In this document: piece after piece, positions 16,629 through 23,876 of the stretch
Layout: the number at the start of each line of letters is the position of its first letter
How positions within the stretch are numbered: the first letter of the stretch is position 1
Sequence record: OK631812.1
Direction: 5' to 3' (one strand)
From: Raoultella phage Rpl1
DNA: 24,000 nt
Translations under genes and position numbers: made by a program
The notes under the pieces: generated by a model
Databases searched by the model: none
Seen by the model: only the letters and a program-made list of their open reading frames with translations
Told to the model about the DNA's origin: nothing

Positions 16629-16791
16629 ACTTGTTATAAGGGAAACCATCACGAACCATTTGGGGTTTATCAACCGTTCGTTTTGCTTCGCCTCCGCAAT
16701 CACAATCTTTCGGTGCATCACGGGTAGCAATGCTTGCCATTTTTGGAAATTCTTTATTACACTTGGTGCATTTATAGGTATAGGTAGGCAT
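16627..16791 (-). CDS. FmdB-like zinc ribbon protein, not in the supplied ORF track
   Basis: Hand translation MPTYTYKCTKCNKEFPKMASIATRDAPKDCDCGGEAKRTVDKPQMVRDGFPYNK*; CxxC...CxC pattern; TAATG overlap with upstream gene. Confidence 0.8.
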   Translation of the reverse strand: MPTYTYKCTKCNKEFPKMASIATRDAPKDCDCGGEAKRTVDKPQMVRDGFPYNK

Positions 16792-17231
16792 TAATAAATC
16801 TCTTTTAAACTCAACATCTTAACTAAACGGGCTTTGTCTATGTCAAAAACACATTGACGTGCGCCCGGATATAACTTTTCAACTTCGTATACCATGCAGA
16901 CGAAACCAACATTGTGCATGTACTCGCGTTCATATGCATTGAACCAACGAGAAAGGCGCTGTATTGACTGAAACCCAAAATATAACCCAGCCGCTTCAAA
17001 GTCTACATTATCTTTTTCAAGGTTGCGCATCAATCTATTATCGTCATCCGGCGCTGGATGTCGGTGATCATCCATATCAATATAGATATCAGGATTCATA
17101 CAGAATTGATCAAGCCATTCAGCAGTATCCATTGACAAATAACGATTGACATATGGGCCACTTTTTGTTTGCCATTTTTCTGTACAATCATTCCAGAAAG
17201 AACAAGAAAATTCCACACGATATACGAACAT
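16791..17231 (-). CDS. Hypothetical protein
   Basis: 146 aa ORF in the minus array. Confidence 0.75.
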   Translation of the reverse strand: MFVYRVEFSCSFWNDCTEKWQTKSGPYVNRYLSMDTAEWLDQFCMNPDIYIDMDDHRHPAPDDDNRLMRNLEKDNVDFEAAGLYFGFQSIQRLSRWFNAYEREYMHNVGFVCMVYEVEKLYPGARQCVFDIDKARLVKMLSLKEIY

Positions 17232-17253
17232 GATATAATCCTCACAAGTAAAC

Positions 17254-17838
17254 TCAAGGTTTACAAGTACGATACCACTTATCTAATTTTTCTGCAAGCA
17301 TTTCGTTGATAATTTTTGCAATTTCGTGCCGTCCGTGAGTAGTACCCAGTTCCAGGTAAATCACATCGAGTGCGCACACAATCGCATCAATACTTTCTTC
17401 AACGATATTACCGCCGCGTTGAGGCTGAATTAGGCATTCGCTGATCTCCCCAACTTCCGCTGATAGGTGATGAACCACATCACTTTTCGTGCGTTTCTTC
17501 ACTTTATGTGCAATTTCAAAAAACTTATCAAGTACGATCGCCGTTTCTTCTCGCGTTGCGGTATTATCGGATGTCGTCTCCGTTTGTTGAACAACGTATT
17601 TTGTAAAATAGTTTTCAAACACGTTGAAAGGGATCACATGAGGAACACCATTCAAAAACACCCCTTCTTTACAAACATAATGGATTTGGCGCGGAATAGA
17701 AAACCCGCCGCTGCGTTCCAAATGTCGTTTAACGCTTGCTACAAAATCGAACTCTTTCCCGTATCCAGCCAACATACTGTGATACGTGAGTAGGCCAAAT
17801 GCAGGAACATAGAGATCATTTTCTTTATACAGATTCAT
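17254..17838 (-). CDS. MazG-like nucleotide pyrophosphohydrolase domain protein
   Basis: 194 aa; HHLSAEVGEISECLI...NIVEESIDAIVCALDVIYLELG matches the ExxE...ExxD pattern. Confidence 0.75.
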   Translation of the reverse strand: MNLYKENDLYVPAFGLLTYHSMLAGYGKEFDFVASVKRHLERSGGFSIPRQIHYVCKEGVFLNGVPHVIPFNVFENYFTKYVVQQTETTSDNTATREETAIVLDKFFEIAHKVKKRTKSDVVHHLSAEVGEISECLIQPQRGGNIVEESIDAIVCALDVIYLELGTTHGRHEIAKIINEMLAEKLDKWYRTCKP

Positions 17839-18136
17839 TTACAATACCTTTATGGTAGCCAAAAATATAACAATCAATTGAAGGACGTTCACCAGGGAAG
17901 TGAATGCATTGCATGATGCGTTCAGCCATTAGATTTTCTCCCATGTATACAGAAGTAGTTTCTTCGTTGTAATGGGTATCATACGACGTTTTAAGCGTCA
18001 TGCCCGGAAGCCCTGCAATGTGCATGAATTTAGAATTGGTGCAAGGTTTTCCTACTTCACCGTTGATCATTAACACTGCATTAGTTTTACGTGCTTTTCT
18101 CATTTGAATTTCACCCCGATTTGCGATACGTTCCAT
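17825..18136 (-). CDS. Hypothetical protein (start uncertain)
   Basis: 103 aa ORF, overlapping both neighbours slightly. Confidence 0.6.
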   Translation of the reverse strand: MERIANRGEIQMRKARKTNAVLMINGEVGKPCTNSKFMHIAGLPGMTLKTSYDTHYNEETTSVYMGENLMAERIMQCIHFPGERPSIDCYIFGYHKGIVNESV

Positions 18137-18696
18137 TCTTTTACGTCATCAACAATATCATAATGGTTGATGTATGGTAAAGCAATTTTTAAATTACTCG
18201 CGTCTTGAATGTTGCGTAAGAAACGAGTAGGAGAAAGAAGACACAACCGCTCGGATCCGTTGTTTCCTTTAGCGGCAAATGATAGGGTTTCTCCCCCGTC
18301 AATCTTCATATCAACAGAAATCGTTTTGAATTCTGGTGCGTATGACGTGATTTTGCCGTTGTCTCTCGGTGTACTATAGAAACATACACTTTGTGGGACA
18401 TTATAACGGTCTGTTTCAATGTACATGTAATCGCCGTCAGTCATTCCCCACACGGTGTAGAGGGATCCGGTATAGTCACCAAAAGAATTTTTAAAATCTT
18501 CCTTCGTGGTGTATCCCAGAGAGCGCAATTGCATAAGCTGGTTATGCTGTTCGATTGCATCGGCTTTTTGTTGTTCCTGTACTTGCGCATCAATCGTTTC
18601 TTGCCAGGAATTATACGCATAGTAACCCACAACAGCGATTACAGCCATAACCCCTACAGCTTTCCAGATTTTAGAGTCTTCGTTTTTGTTACTCAT
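18100..18696 (-). CDS. Membrane-anchored protein, unknown function
   Basis: 198 aa; N-terminal TM KAVGVMAVIAVVGYYAYNSW then soluble domain. Confidence 0.75.
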   Translation of the reverse strand: MSNKNEDSKIWKAVGVMAVIAVVGYYAYNSWQETIDAQVQEQQKADAIEQHNQLMQLRSLGYTTKEDFKNSFGDYTGSLYTVWGMTDGDYMYIETDRYNVPQSVCFYSTPRDNGKITSYAPEFKTISVDMKIDGGETLSFAAKGNNGSERLCLLSPTRFLRNIQDASNLKIALPYINHYDIVDDVKEWNVSQIGVKFK

Positions 18697-18713
18697 GCTA
18701 TATTCCTTTTAAG

Positions 18714-18734
18714 AAAAAGGGCCGAAGCCCCTTT
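18714..18734 (-). terminator. CUUCGG hairpin with T-run
   Basis: Minus strand AAAGGGGCTTCGGCCCTTTTT, just before the RBS of the 198-aa gene. Confidence 0.75.
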
Positions 18735-18735
18735 G

Positions 18736-19065
18736 TTAACGAAGATAAACCACATAACCGCTTTGGTCAATCGCGCGGTCTGCGTCATTGAAGATATTAC
18801 CACGAATTCCTTTTGCTGGTGCTTTCCAACTTGCAGGTTTCAGGATATTACCATCATTATCGATGAAGGCGGCAACAGAACGCTGATTGAACATTTCGCC
18901 TGTTTCTTTGTTGCGAGTATCCTGAACAACACGATGATATTTGCGGCCTTTCTCCAGAACGAAAACAGTTTCGAAAGGAGAATCTTGGAAACGAGCGTTA
19001 CGCGCTTTGTACATTGCTTCCAGGAAAGGGGCTGCTTTTTCTGCGAGGATTTCGAAAGTGTTCAT
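18736..19065 (-). CDS. Hypothetical phage protein
   Basis: 109 aa; GGAG RBS and own promoter. Confidence 0.8.
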   Translation of the reverse strand: MNTFEILAEKAAPFLEAMYKARNARFQDSPFETVFVLEKGRKYHRVVQDTRNKETGEMFNQRSVAAFIDNDGNILKPASWKAPAKGIRGNIFNDADRAIDQSGYVVYLR

Positions 19066-19089
19066 GGTATATCTCCTAAAGTGTGTTTC

Positions 19090-19097
19090 GTTTCGAT
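19090..19097 (-). other. ATCGAAACGA element (full 10-mer about 19088-19097), promoter of the 109-aa gene
   Basis: Minus strand ATCGAAACGAAACAC; CGAAAC core 8 nt downstream of -10. Confidence 0.8.
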
Positions 19098-19103
19098 GTA
19101 AGT

Positions 19104-19132
19104 ACTATATCAAAGATGGTTATTCTATGCAA
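19104..19132 (-). promoter_or_regulatory. Sigma70-like promoter of the 109-aa gene
   Basis: Minus strand TTGCAT (19127-19132), 17-nt spacer, TATAGT (19104-19109). Confidence 0.7.
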
Positions 19133-19355
19133 GGCTTTTTTCGTTATCCATCAAATATTTTAAGTGTTCTTTTAATGCAGGGAGTTCGTTCAAATGGCGT
19201 TGCTTAACTTTCTCATACTCTTTGCGTTCCCAGTTTTCAAGATTGCTCGCCAGCGCTTCATCACAATAAGCGATCCCGCGTTCTGCATCCTGAACTTTCT
19301 GTTTCCATTGCGCAACTGCTTGTTGATAAAGAGAACCGTTAACCATCATAATCAT
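19125..19355 (-). CDS. Small hypothetical protein, helical
   Basis: 76 aa; GGAGG RBS and element-bearing promoter. Confidence 0.75.
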   Translation of the reverse strand: MIMMVNGSLYQQAVAQWKQKVQDAERGIAYCDEALASNLENWERKEYEKVKQRHLNELPALKEHLKYLMDNEKSLA

Positions 19356-19363
19356 TTCCTCCC

Positions 19364-19385
19364 TCGTTTCGATGGGGTAACTATA
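19364..19385 (-). promoter_or_regulatory. Promoter -10 (TATAGT, 19380-19385) plus ATCGAAACGA element for the 76-aa gene
   Basis: Minus strand TATAGTtaccccATCGAAACGAG; the -35 is poor. Confidence 0.6.
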
Positions 19386-19405
19386 TCAAAGCTACCCCAG
19401 AATGT

Positions 19406-19424
19406 TTTAACAAAAAGTGCTATT
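19406..19424. repeat. Copy 1 of 19-bp direct repeat TTTAACAAAAAGTGCTATT
   Basis: Exact match to 19761-19779. Confidence 0.9.
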
Positions 19425-19686
19425 AGTAAGTATCCAGTTTATACATTTTGCACCAGTTCATGAATTCTTCGAAAGTCTGAGTATTAACACGTTTTTCCTT
19501 CTTCACTTTCTTAGTGATTACCGGACGGTTAGTAAAACGTTTTTGCATTTTCACAGTGATCGCTACTTTATCGCCCAGGTCTTCAACTTTTTCAACCAGC
19601 GCCCACTGAGAACCGATTTCAGCACCGAAAGATAAACCAACAATCTCACCTGCTTTAACATTTGCTGCATATTTTACTTTAACCAT
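19423..19686 (-). CDS. Small basic hypothetical protein
   Basis: 87 aa from MVKVKYAANVKAGEIVGLSFG; the listed 19752 start translates through terminator and promoter. Confidence 0.8.
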   Translation of the reverse strand: MVKVKYAANVKAGEIVGLSFGAEIGSQWALVEKVEDLGDKVAITVKMQKRFTNRPVITKKVKKEKRVNTQTFEEFMNWCKMYKLDTY

Positions 19687-19707
19687 TTTCGTATTCCTTT
19701 CTCTGTT

Positions 19708-19752
19708 TCGTTTCGATGAACACACTATACAAAAAAGCCTCCCGCATTGCAA
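19708..19752 (-). promoter_or_regulatory. Sigma70-like promoter with ATCGAAACGA element for the 87-aa gene
   Basis: Minus strand TTGCAA (19747-19752), 17-nt spacer, TATAGT (19724-19729), then ATCGAAACGAAAC. Confidence 0.75.
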
Positions 19753-19760
19753 GAGGCTTC
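19732..19760 (-). terminator. Terminator containing the -35 box of the next promoter
   Basis: Minus strand GAAGCCTCTTGCAATGCGGGAGGCTTTTTT. Confidence 0.75.
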
Positions 19761-19779
19761 TTTAACAAAAAGTGCTATT
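19761..19779. repeat. Copy 2 of 19-bp direct repeat TTTAACAAAAAGTGCTATT
   Basis: Exact match to 19406-19424. Confidence 0.9.
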
Positions 19780-20077
19780 TTATTTCTTTGAGTAATTTAC
19801 GGATCCCGCCGCCTTGTGTCTTATCAAAGATTTTCTTTGCATCAATAACAGAAGTGATTATGTGGTAGTTGTTCCCTTTTCCGTCAAACTCAAATTCGAC
19901 CTTGTAGTCACTACGAAATTTCACAAAAACAAATTCACCTGCAAAGTGCTTACGGAACTGCTTTTCGTTAATGTCCAACCATTCCTGTGTATCATCTAAC
20001 TGATACATGCGACAAAACAGGATCGAACCCATTACAACAATCATAACAAGGATAGCTAACGCGAATTCTGACATCAT
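19775..20077 (-). CDS. Small membrane-anchored hypothetical protein
   Basis: 100 aa; N-terminal FALAILVMIVVMGSILFC. Confidence 0.7.
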   Translation of the reverse strand: MMSEFALAILVMIVVMGSILFCRMYQLDDTQEWLDINEKQFRKHFAGEFVFVKFRSDYKVEFEFDGKGNNYHIITSVIDAKKIFDKTQGGGIRKLLKEIK

Positions 20078-20298
20078 TTACCCCTGTTTACTGATTGACG
20101 GTGTAACGATTTAGGCACAACCGGATTTCGGTACGGTTTTACTTTGTGGATCATGGGTTCTTCCTCAACCAAATTAGGAAATTGGTTGTTCCATTCCATC
20201 GAAAACGGATAAGGTTGTGACTTGAATTCTTCGATCACACAGTTTACTAAACGATCACCAATTACACCCAAAGCCGCCCCAATAATCGCTATACGCAT
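20074..20298 (-). CDS. Small hypothetical protein
   Basis: 74 aa, overlapping stop/start with neighbour. Confidence 0.65.
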   Translation of the reverse strand: MRIAIIGAALGVIGDRLVNCVIEEFKSQPYPFSMEWNNQFPNLVEEEPMIHKVKPYRNPVVPKSLHRQSVNRGK

Positions 20299-20301
20299 AA
20301 A

Positions 20302-20451
20302 TCACCCCTTAATTGTGTCAAGTACAGTAAACCAGTCATGAAGCCATATCGTTGTTCTTACCGCGATATACGTTAACAAACTAATCAATGATACCGCTCC
20401 GCAAATAGCCAGCGTAATCAACAGCCGGATTTCAAATTTAGTAAAATTCAT
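20302..20451 (-). CDS. Small single-TM membrane protein
   Basis: MNFTKFEIRLLITLAICGAVSLISLLTYIAV...; ATG 20451 behind GGAG. Confidence 0.7.
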   Translation of the reverse strand: MNFTKFEIRLLITLAICGAVSLISLLTYIAVRTTIWLHDWFTVLDTIKG

Positions 20452-20474
20452 ATCAATCTCCTTTCTTAGAACCC

Positions 20475-20504
20475 AATATAACAAAAGCCCTCAACCGAAG
20501 TCAA
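20475..20504 (-). promoter_or_regulatory. Sigma70-like promoter without the downstream element
   Basis: Minus strand TTGACT (20499-20504), 18-nt spacer, TATATT (20475-20480). Confidence 0.75.
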
Positions 20505-20512
20505 GGGCTTTG
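20484..20512 (-). terminator. CUUCGG-loop terminator after the LysM gene, containing the -35 of the next promoter
   Basis: Minus strand AAAGCCCTTGACTTCGGTTGAGGGCTTTTG. Confidence 0.85.
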
Positions 20513-20514
20513 TT

Positions 20515-20796
20515 TTAAATTTTTACCAGTTTTGGTAATCGAAGAACTATACCAGGATGGATCAGACGTGCATCCGGAATAGCATCACGGTTGATTTTGG
20601 CGATATCAGGCCAATGTTCACCAACACCATACAGTTTCTTTGCTATAGAATACAGGCTATCACCCGGTTGCACGACATAGCGATCCGATTCAATCTTAAC
20701 CAGATCCTGGTTAATGATATCTTCAAAGGCTTTTGCTTTTGCTTCGTTAATCGTGTTCCCGTAGTAATGGCGATCCATAATAGTTAATGTGATCAT
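20515..20796 (-). CDS. LysM-domain small protein
   Basis: 93 aa; DRYVVQPGDSLYSIAKKLYGVGEHWPDIAKINRDAIPDARLIHPGIVLRLP; ATGA overlap with dexA. Confidence 0.88.
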   Translation of the reverse strand: MITLTIMDRHYYGNTINEAKAKAFEDIINQDLVKIESDRYVVQPGDSLYSIAKKLYGVGEHWPDIAKINRDAIPDARLIHPGIVLRLPKLVKI

Positions 20797-21464
20797 CGTT
20801 TCTTTCCTATGCTGTTTTCGTCTGTCTCTTCTAAGGATGGAGGTTCTTCCAGCCCCAGGGCATAACGTTTAGCATAGATTAGCATCAACGCATCTTTAGC
20901 GCAATCATGAATTGAATCATGCTGAATGAATCCATCTAACATGCCTTTACGCAGTGGACACGTGGTCACACCGCGAGTCAGTAAACGGTTTTCAATAGCT
21001 GTACGCACATCACGGCTATTCCAGAATACGGTCGGCATATCTTCGAACGTGTCAAGTTTCCCTGTCATAGTTCGTACAACATCGGTTAGCATAGAACGAT
21101 CGAATTCAGGGCCGCGCGTATAATCGTATGACTGCCAACGACTCACACCGTCAGCCGCTAAATCAGCAAAGAATTGTCGATGACCTTCGTACAAATCCAT
21201 GTCGATATCGGAAGGGAACAAAACCCTTTGCGCTTCTTTAGATTGCTGTTTCCACCATTCGATCGTTTTTTCATCTTTGATGCGTTCTGGTTGTTTCCGG
21301 ATGTCAAATTTGTACTTTCTTCCTTTAGCAATCAGTTCCTGAAAGGTAGGCGGATCATAAGGATCATCAACAAACGGAACATAGCTAAGTTCAGCTAGTT
21401 TTCCTTTTGGAAACGGGCCAATACTTTCATAATCAAATACGAAATCTACGGGTAAATGACTCAT
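20793..21464 (-). CDS. dexA: Exonuclease A (DexA-like, DEDD family)
   Basis: 223 aa; DFVFDYESIG, TIEWWKQQS, FWNSRDVRTAIE, TTCPLRKGMLDGF..HDSIHDCAKDALMLIYAKRYALGLE resembles T4 DexA. Confidence 0.93.
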   Translation of the reverse strand: MSHLPVDFVFDYESIGPFPKGKLAELSYVPFVDDPYDPPTFQELIAKGRKYKFDIRKQPERIKDEKTIEWWKQQSKEAQRVLFPSDIDMDLYEGHRQFFADLAADGVSRWQSYDYTRGPEFDRSMLTDVVRTMTGKLDTFEDMPTVFWNSRDVRTAIENRLLTRGVTTCPLRKGMLDGFIQHDSIHDCAKDALMLIYAKRYALGLEEPPSLEETDENSIGKKR

Positions 21465-21745
21465 TCGCGACCCCGCTTATACGATTCCATGAAATAGGCC
21501 AATGATAGCGCGACTTCCGGAGTAACATCAACGGATTCGATCATGCCTGGAGTTACCGCCATCATACCGAACTGACGAAGCCCACAACGAGCAATCGATT
21601 TTTCCAGTCGGATCATGTTTTCTACAGCCTCTGCGAAATTGTCCAGATGTTCCCAATCGTGGTAATCTTCCATTGTAGAACGATCACTTTTCAAAATCAG
21701 ATCGGCAACCAATTCAGCATAAAGGCGCGGAAGGTGAATATTCAT
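21461..21745 (-). CDS. Hypothetical protein
   Basis: 94 aa, overlapping dexA start. Confidence 0.75.
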   Translation of the reverse strand: MNIHLPRLYAELVADLILKSDRSTMEDYHDWEHLDNFAEAVENMIRLEKSIARCGLRQFGMMAVTPGMIESVDVTPEVALSLAYFMESYKRGRE

Positions 21746-22054
21746 TTAAAACCCCTCAAGCATGTTTTTGTTTTCACGAATGTTACGACCCATTTTCAAA
21801 GTATCAATGATCACTGCATACTCTTCAAAAGTGAATTCGATATCTTGTGAAATGTTTCCCCACGTGTAGGTCGGCCCGTTAGGACAGTATAACCCAACTT
21901 CTTTGTTTGCGTTAACAACGCAGCGCAATTTTGCAAACAACAAATTGATATCGATAGAATTAAACCCTTCGAGATAATCAAGCCCCTCTCTACCAATACG
22001 GTCAACTTCTCGCAAAATCTTTTCTACATCTTTGACTTTAACAATAATTTTCAT
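21746..22054 (-). CDS. Hypothetical protein
   Basis: 102 aa, immediately upstream of the 94-aa gene. Confidence 0.75.
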   Translation of the reverse strand: MKIIVKVKDVEKILREVDRIGREGLDYLEGFNSIDINLLFAKLRCVVNANKEVGLYCPNGPTYTWGNISQDIEFTFEEYAVIIDTLKMGRNIRENKNMLEGF

Positions 22055-22063
22055 AATAACCTC

Positions 22064-22081
22064 AAAGGGCCGAAGCCCTTA
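22064..22081 (-). other. CUUCGG hairpin between dda and the 102-aa gene, abutting the RBS
   Basis: Minus strand TAAGGGCTTCGGCCCTTTGAGG; dda stop is in the stem. Confidence 0.7.
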
Positions 22082-23407
22082 GACATAATCAACAGTGAAT
22101 CGTGCGCGGGTAGTTCCTACATAAAGCAACTGCTTACACAATTCATAATCGGCGTATGCGTATGCATCGCGCGTGTACATGTATGAATGATCATACGTGC
22201 TTCCCTGACCTTTGTGATACGTACAAACCGGAAGTGCCTTAACCGTCTGGAACTTGTTTTTGATTTGCCAGAACGAATACCAGGGGGCTTTGTATCCAGT
22301 TTCCTGTTTCATCTTCTTATACTGAAACGCGACGTAGTTCAAATAATCGCCTAAACGTTCCTGCATAACCGGATCCGCAATAACCTGAATATCCGCTTTC
22401 GTATCCTCGAACATCGATTCTGTTTTCATCAAGAAATAATCGATTTGTACCGGATCGCATCGGTCAGCTTTGATAGTATCAGAACGCGGTATGATTTCAA
22501 GGATTTTAATTTGCTCGTTGTTGTTATAGATAACTTCAACAAACGAAACCCCATTCACACGGCCTTCTGTCACTAACGGTTCTTGCATCACAACCACTTC
22601 ACCAACAATGAACGGCTGATCAGTTTTGTACAAGTGTTTGCGGATCACTGCGTTTAACTTGTCTACGTTTGCGTTAGTGTAAGCAAACATACGGTTATTA
22701 TTCAGGTCATCCGGAGTCTTAACACGGCTAAAATAACGTCTCAGGAAGTCACTAGCGTTTTCGTGCTTCATTACCCCTAGTTCACCATTCATGAGGGGCA
22801 TTAACGGCTTACCGTCGCGTATAGCGCGTGATACCTGGATGATTGGGTTTCCTTCTGCCTGACGCATAATCTTATCCATGCGAATGACATCAAAAATTTC
22901 CTCATCAAAGAACGGTGAAAGCTCGGTGATCCCTTCGGTATTAACCGGACGGATCTGATCCTTATCACCCAATCCCAGGATCACCGCACAACTCGGAATA
23001 GTACGCTTGATGATCCGGAATAGTTCTTTGTCAACCATCGAGACTTCTTCAACAACAAACACACGACATTCAGACAGATCAGCGGCTTTTTTGCCTTTTT
23101 GCTGTTCAAATACTCGTAACTCTTCGTTGGTTACGGGGCTGATTTTCAGTGCTGAGTGAATGGTCGTTGCATCCATACCCACCGCCTCAGAGAGAACGTT
23201 TTTAGCCTGGTGTGTCGGCGCTGTCAACCAGATCCCACTAATACCCAGTTTTTTCAATGTTTCAAACACAAATTTTACCAGAGTAGTTTTACCAACACCA
23301 GGCCCACCTGTGATAGTAGTATGGATTTTGTTTCTGATATTTTTAATCACTCGATCATGTGCGTTTTTCTGGTCTTCGCTCAGATCGTCAAAAGTTAATT
23401 CGCTCAT
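22079..23407 (-). CDS. dda: Dda-like SF1B DNA helicase
   Basis: 442 aa; TITGGPGVGKTTLVKF, WLTAPTHQAKNVL, VFVVEEVSMVD, GLGDKDQIRPV, TYHKGQGSTYDHSY, LLYVGTTRA. Confidence 0.95.
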   Translation of the reverse strand: MSELTFDDLSEDQKNAHDRVIKNIRNKIHTTITGGPGVGKTTLVKFVFETLKKLGISGIWLTAPTHQAKNVLSEAVGMDATTIHSALKISPVTNEELRVFEQQKGKKAADLSECRVFVVEEVSMVDKELFRIIKRTIPSCAVILGLGDKDQIRPVNTEGITELSPFFDEEIFDVIRMDKIMRQAEGNPIIQVSRAIRDGKPLMPLMNGELGVMKHENASDFLRRYFSRVKTPDDLNNNRMFAYTNANVDKLNAVIRKHLYKTDQPFIVGEVVVMQEPLVTEGRVNGVSFVEVIYNNNEQIKILEIIPRSDTIKADRCDPVQIDYFLMKTESMFEDTKADIQVIADPVMQERLGDYLNYVAFQYKKMKQETGYKAPWYSFWQIKNKFQTVKALPVCTYHKGQGSTYDHSYMYTRDAYAYADYELCKQLLYVGTTRARFTVDYV

Positions 23408-23694
23408 ACTTTAATCAATACCCCTTGAATACTTGCGTGTTCAATAAACCAACGCATATCTTTCTTTTTCTTTTCGGTTACGGTTTCAACTTCTTCCTTT
23501 CGAAAGAATCGGCTAAGACCACTTTGTTTAACTGGATTCATCTTATCATTATATTCTTTGATAATCGAATTTTTATACTCGTTAGCATCGTCCGGAGATA
23601 GAAACAACAAAGGTGTTAACTCTCCTTCCTTAATGAAGGGAATTTTAAACCCGTCTTTATCCTTACTAACGACGATATAATATTTTATAATCAT
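23404..23694 (-). CDS. Hypothetical protein
   Basis: 96 aa, ATGA-type overlap with dda. Confidence 0.75.
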   Translation of the reverse strand: MIIKYYIVVSKDKDGFKIPFIKEGELTPLLFLSPDDANEYKNSIIKEYNDKMNPVKQSGLSRFFRKEEVETVTEKKKKDMRWFIEHASIQGVLIKV

Positions 23695-23876
23695 TCTCGC
23701 CCCTCATAACAAACGTAGAATATTCCAACAAACCAAAACACTGATAGTATAATCAGTAAAAGTTTTCTTTCAACGCCATTTACGTGAAACACACACCAAC
23801 CGAAAAGATATGTGATCATCGCGCAAACACCATAAGAAAGAACCCCAACAGCTACTAGCGCGATGATCGGATCCAT
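23691..23876 (-). CDS. Small two-TM membrane protein
   Basis: 61 aa, hydrophobic IIALVAVGVLSYGVCAMITYLFG and KLLLIILSVFWFVGIFYVCY. Confidence 0.7.
   Translation of the reverse strand: MDPIIALVAVGVLSYGVCAMITYLFGWCVFHVNGVERKLLLIILSVFWFVGIFYVCYEGRE

Noticed and set aside
18391-19101. 236-aa plus-strand ORF
   Set aside because: Runs antisense across two supported minus-strand genes plus a terminator and promoter region, Cys/Phe-rich non-protein-like composition, no RBS.
19687-19752. N-terminal extension of the 87-aa protein
   Set aside because: Same reason: composite terminator/promoter lies in it.
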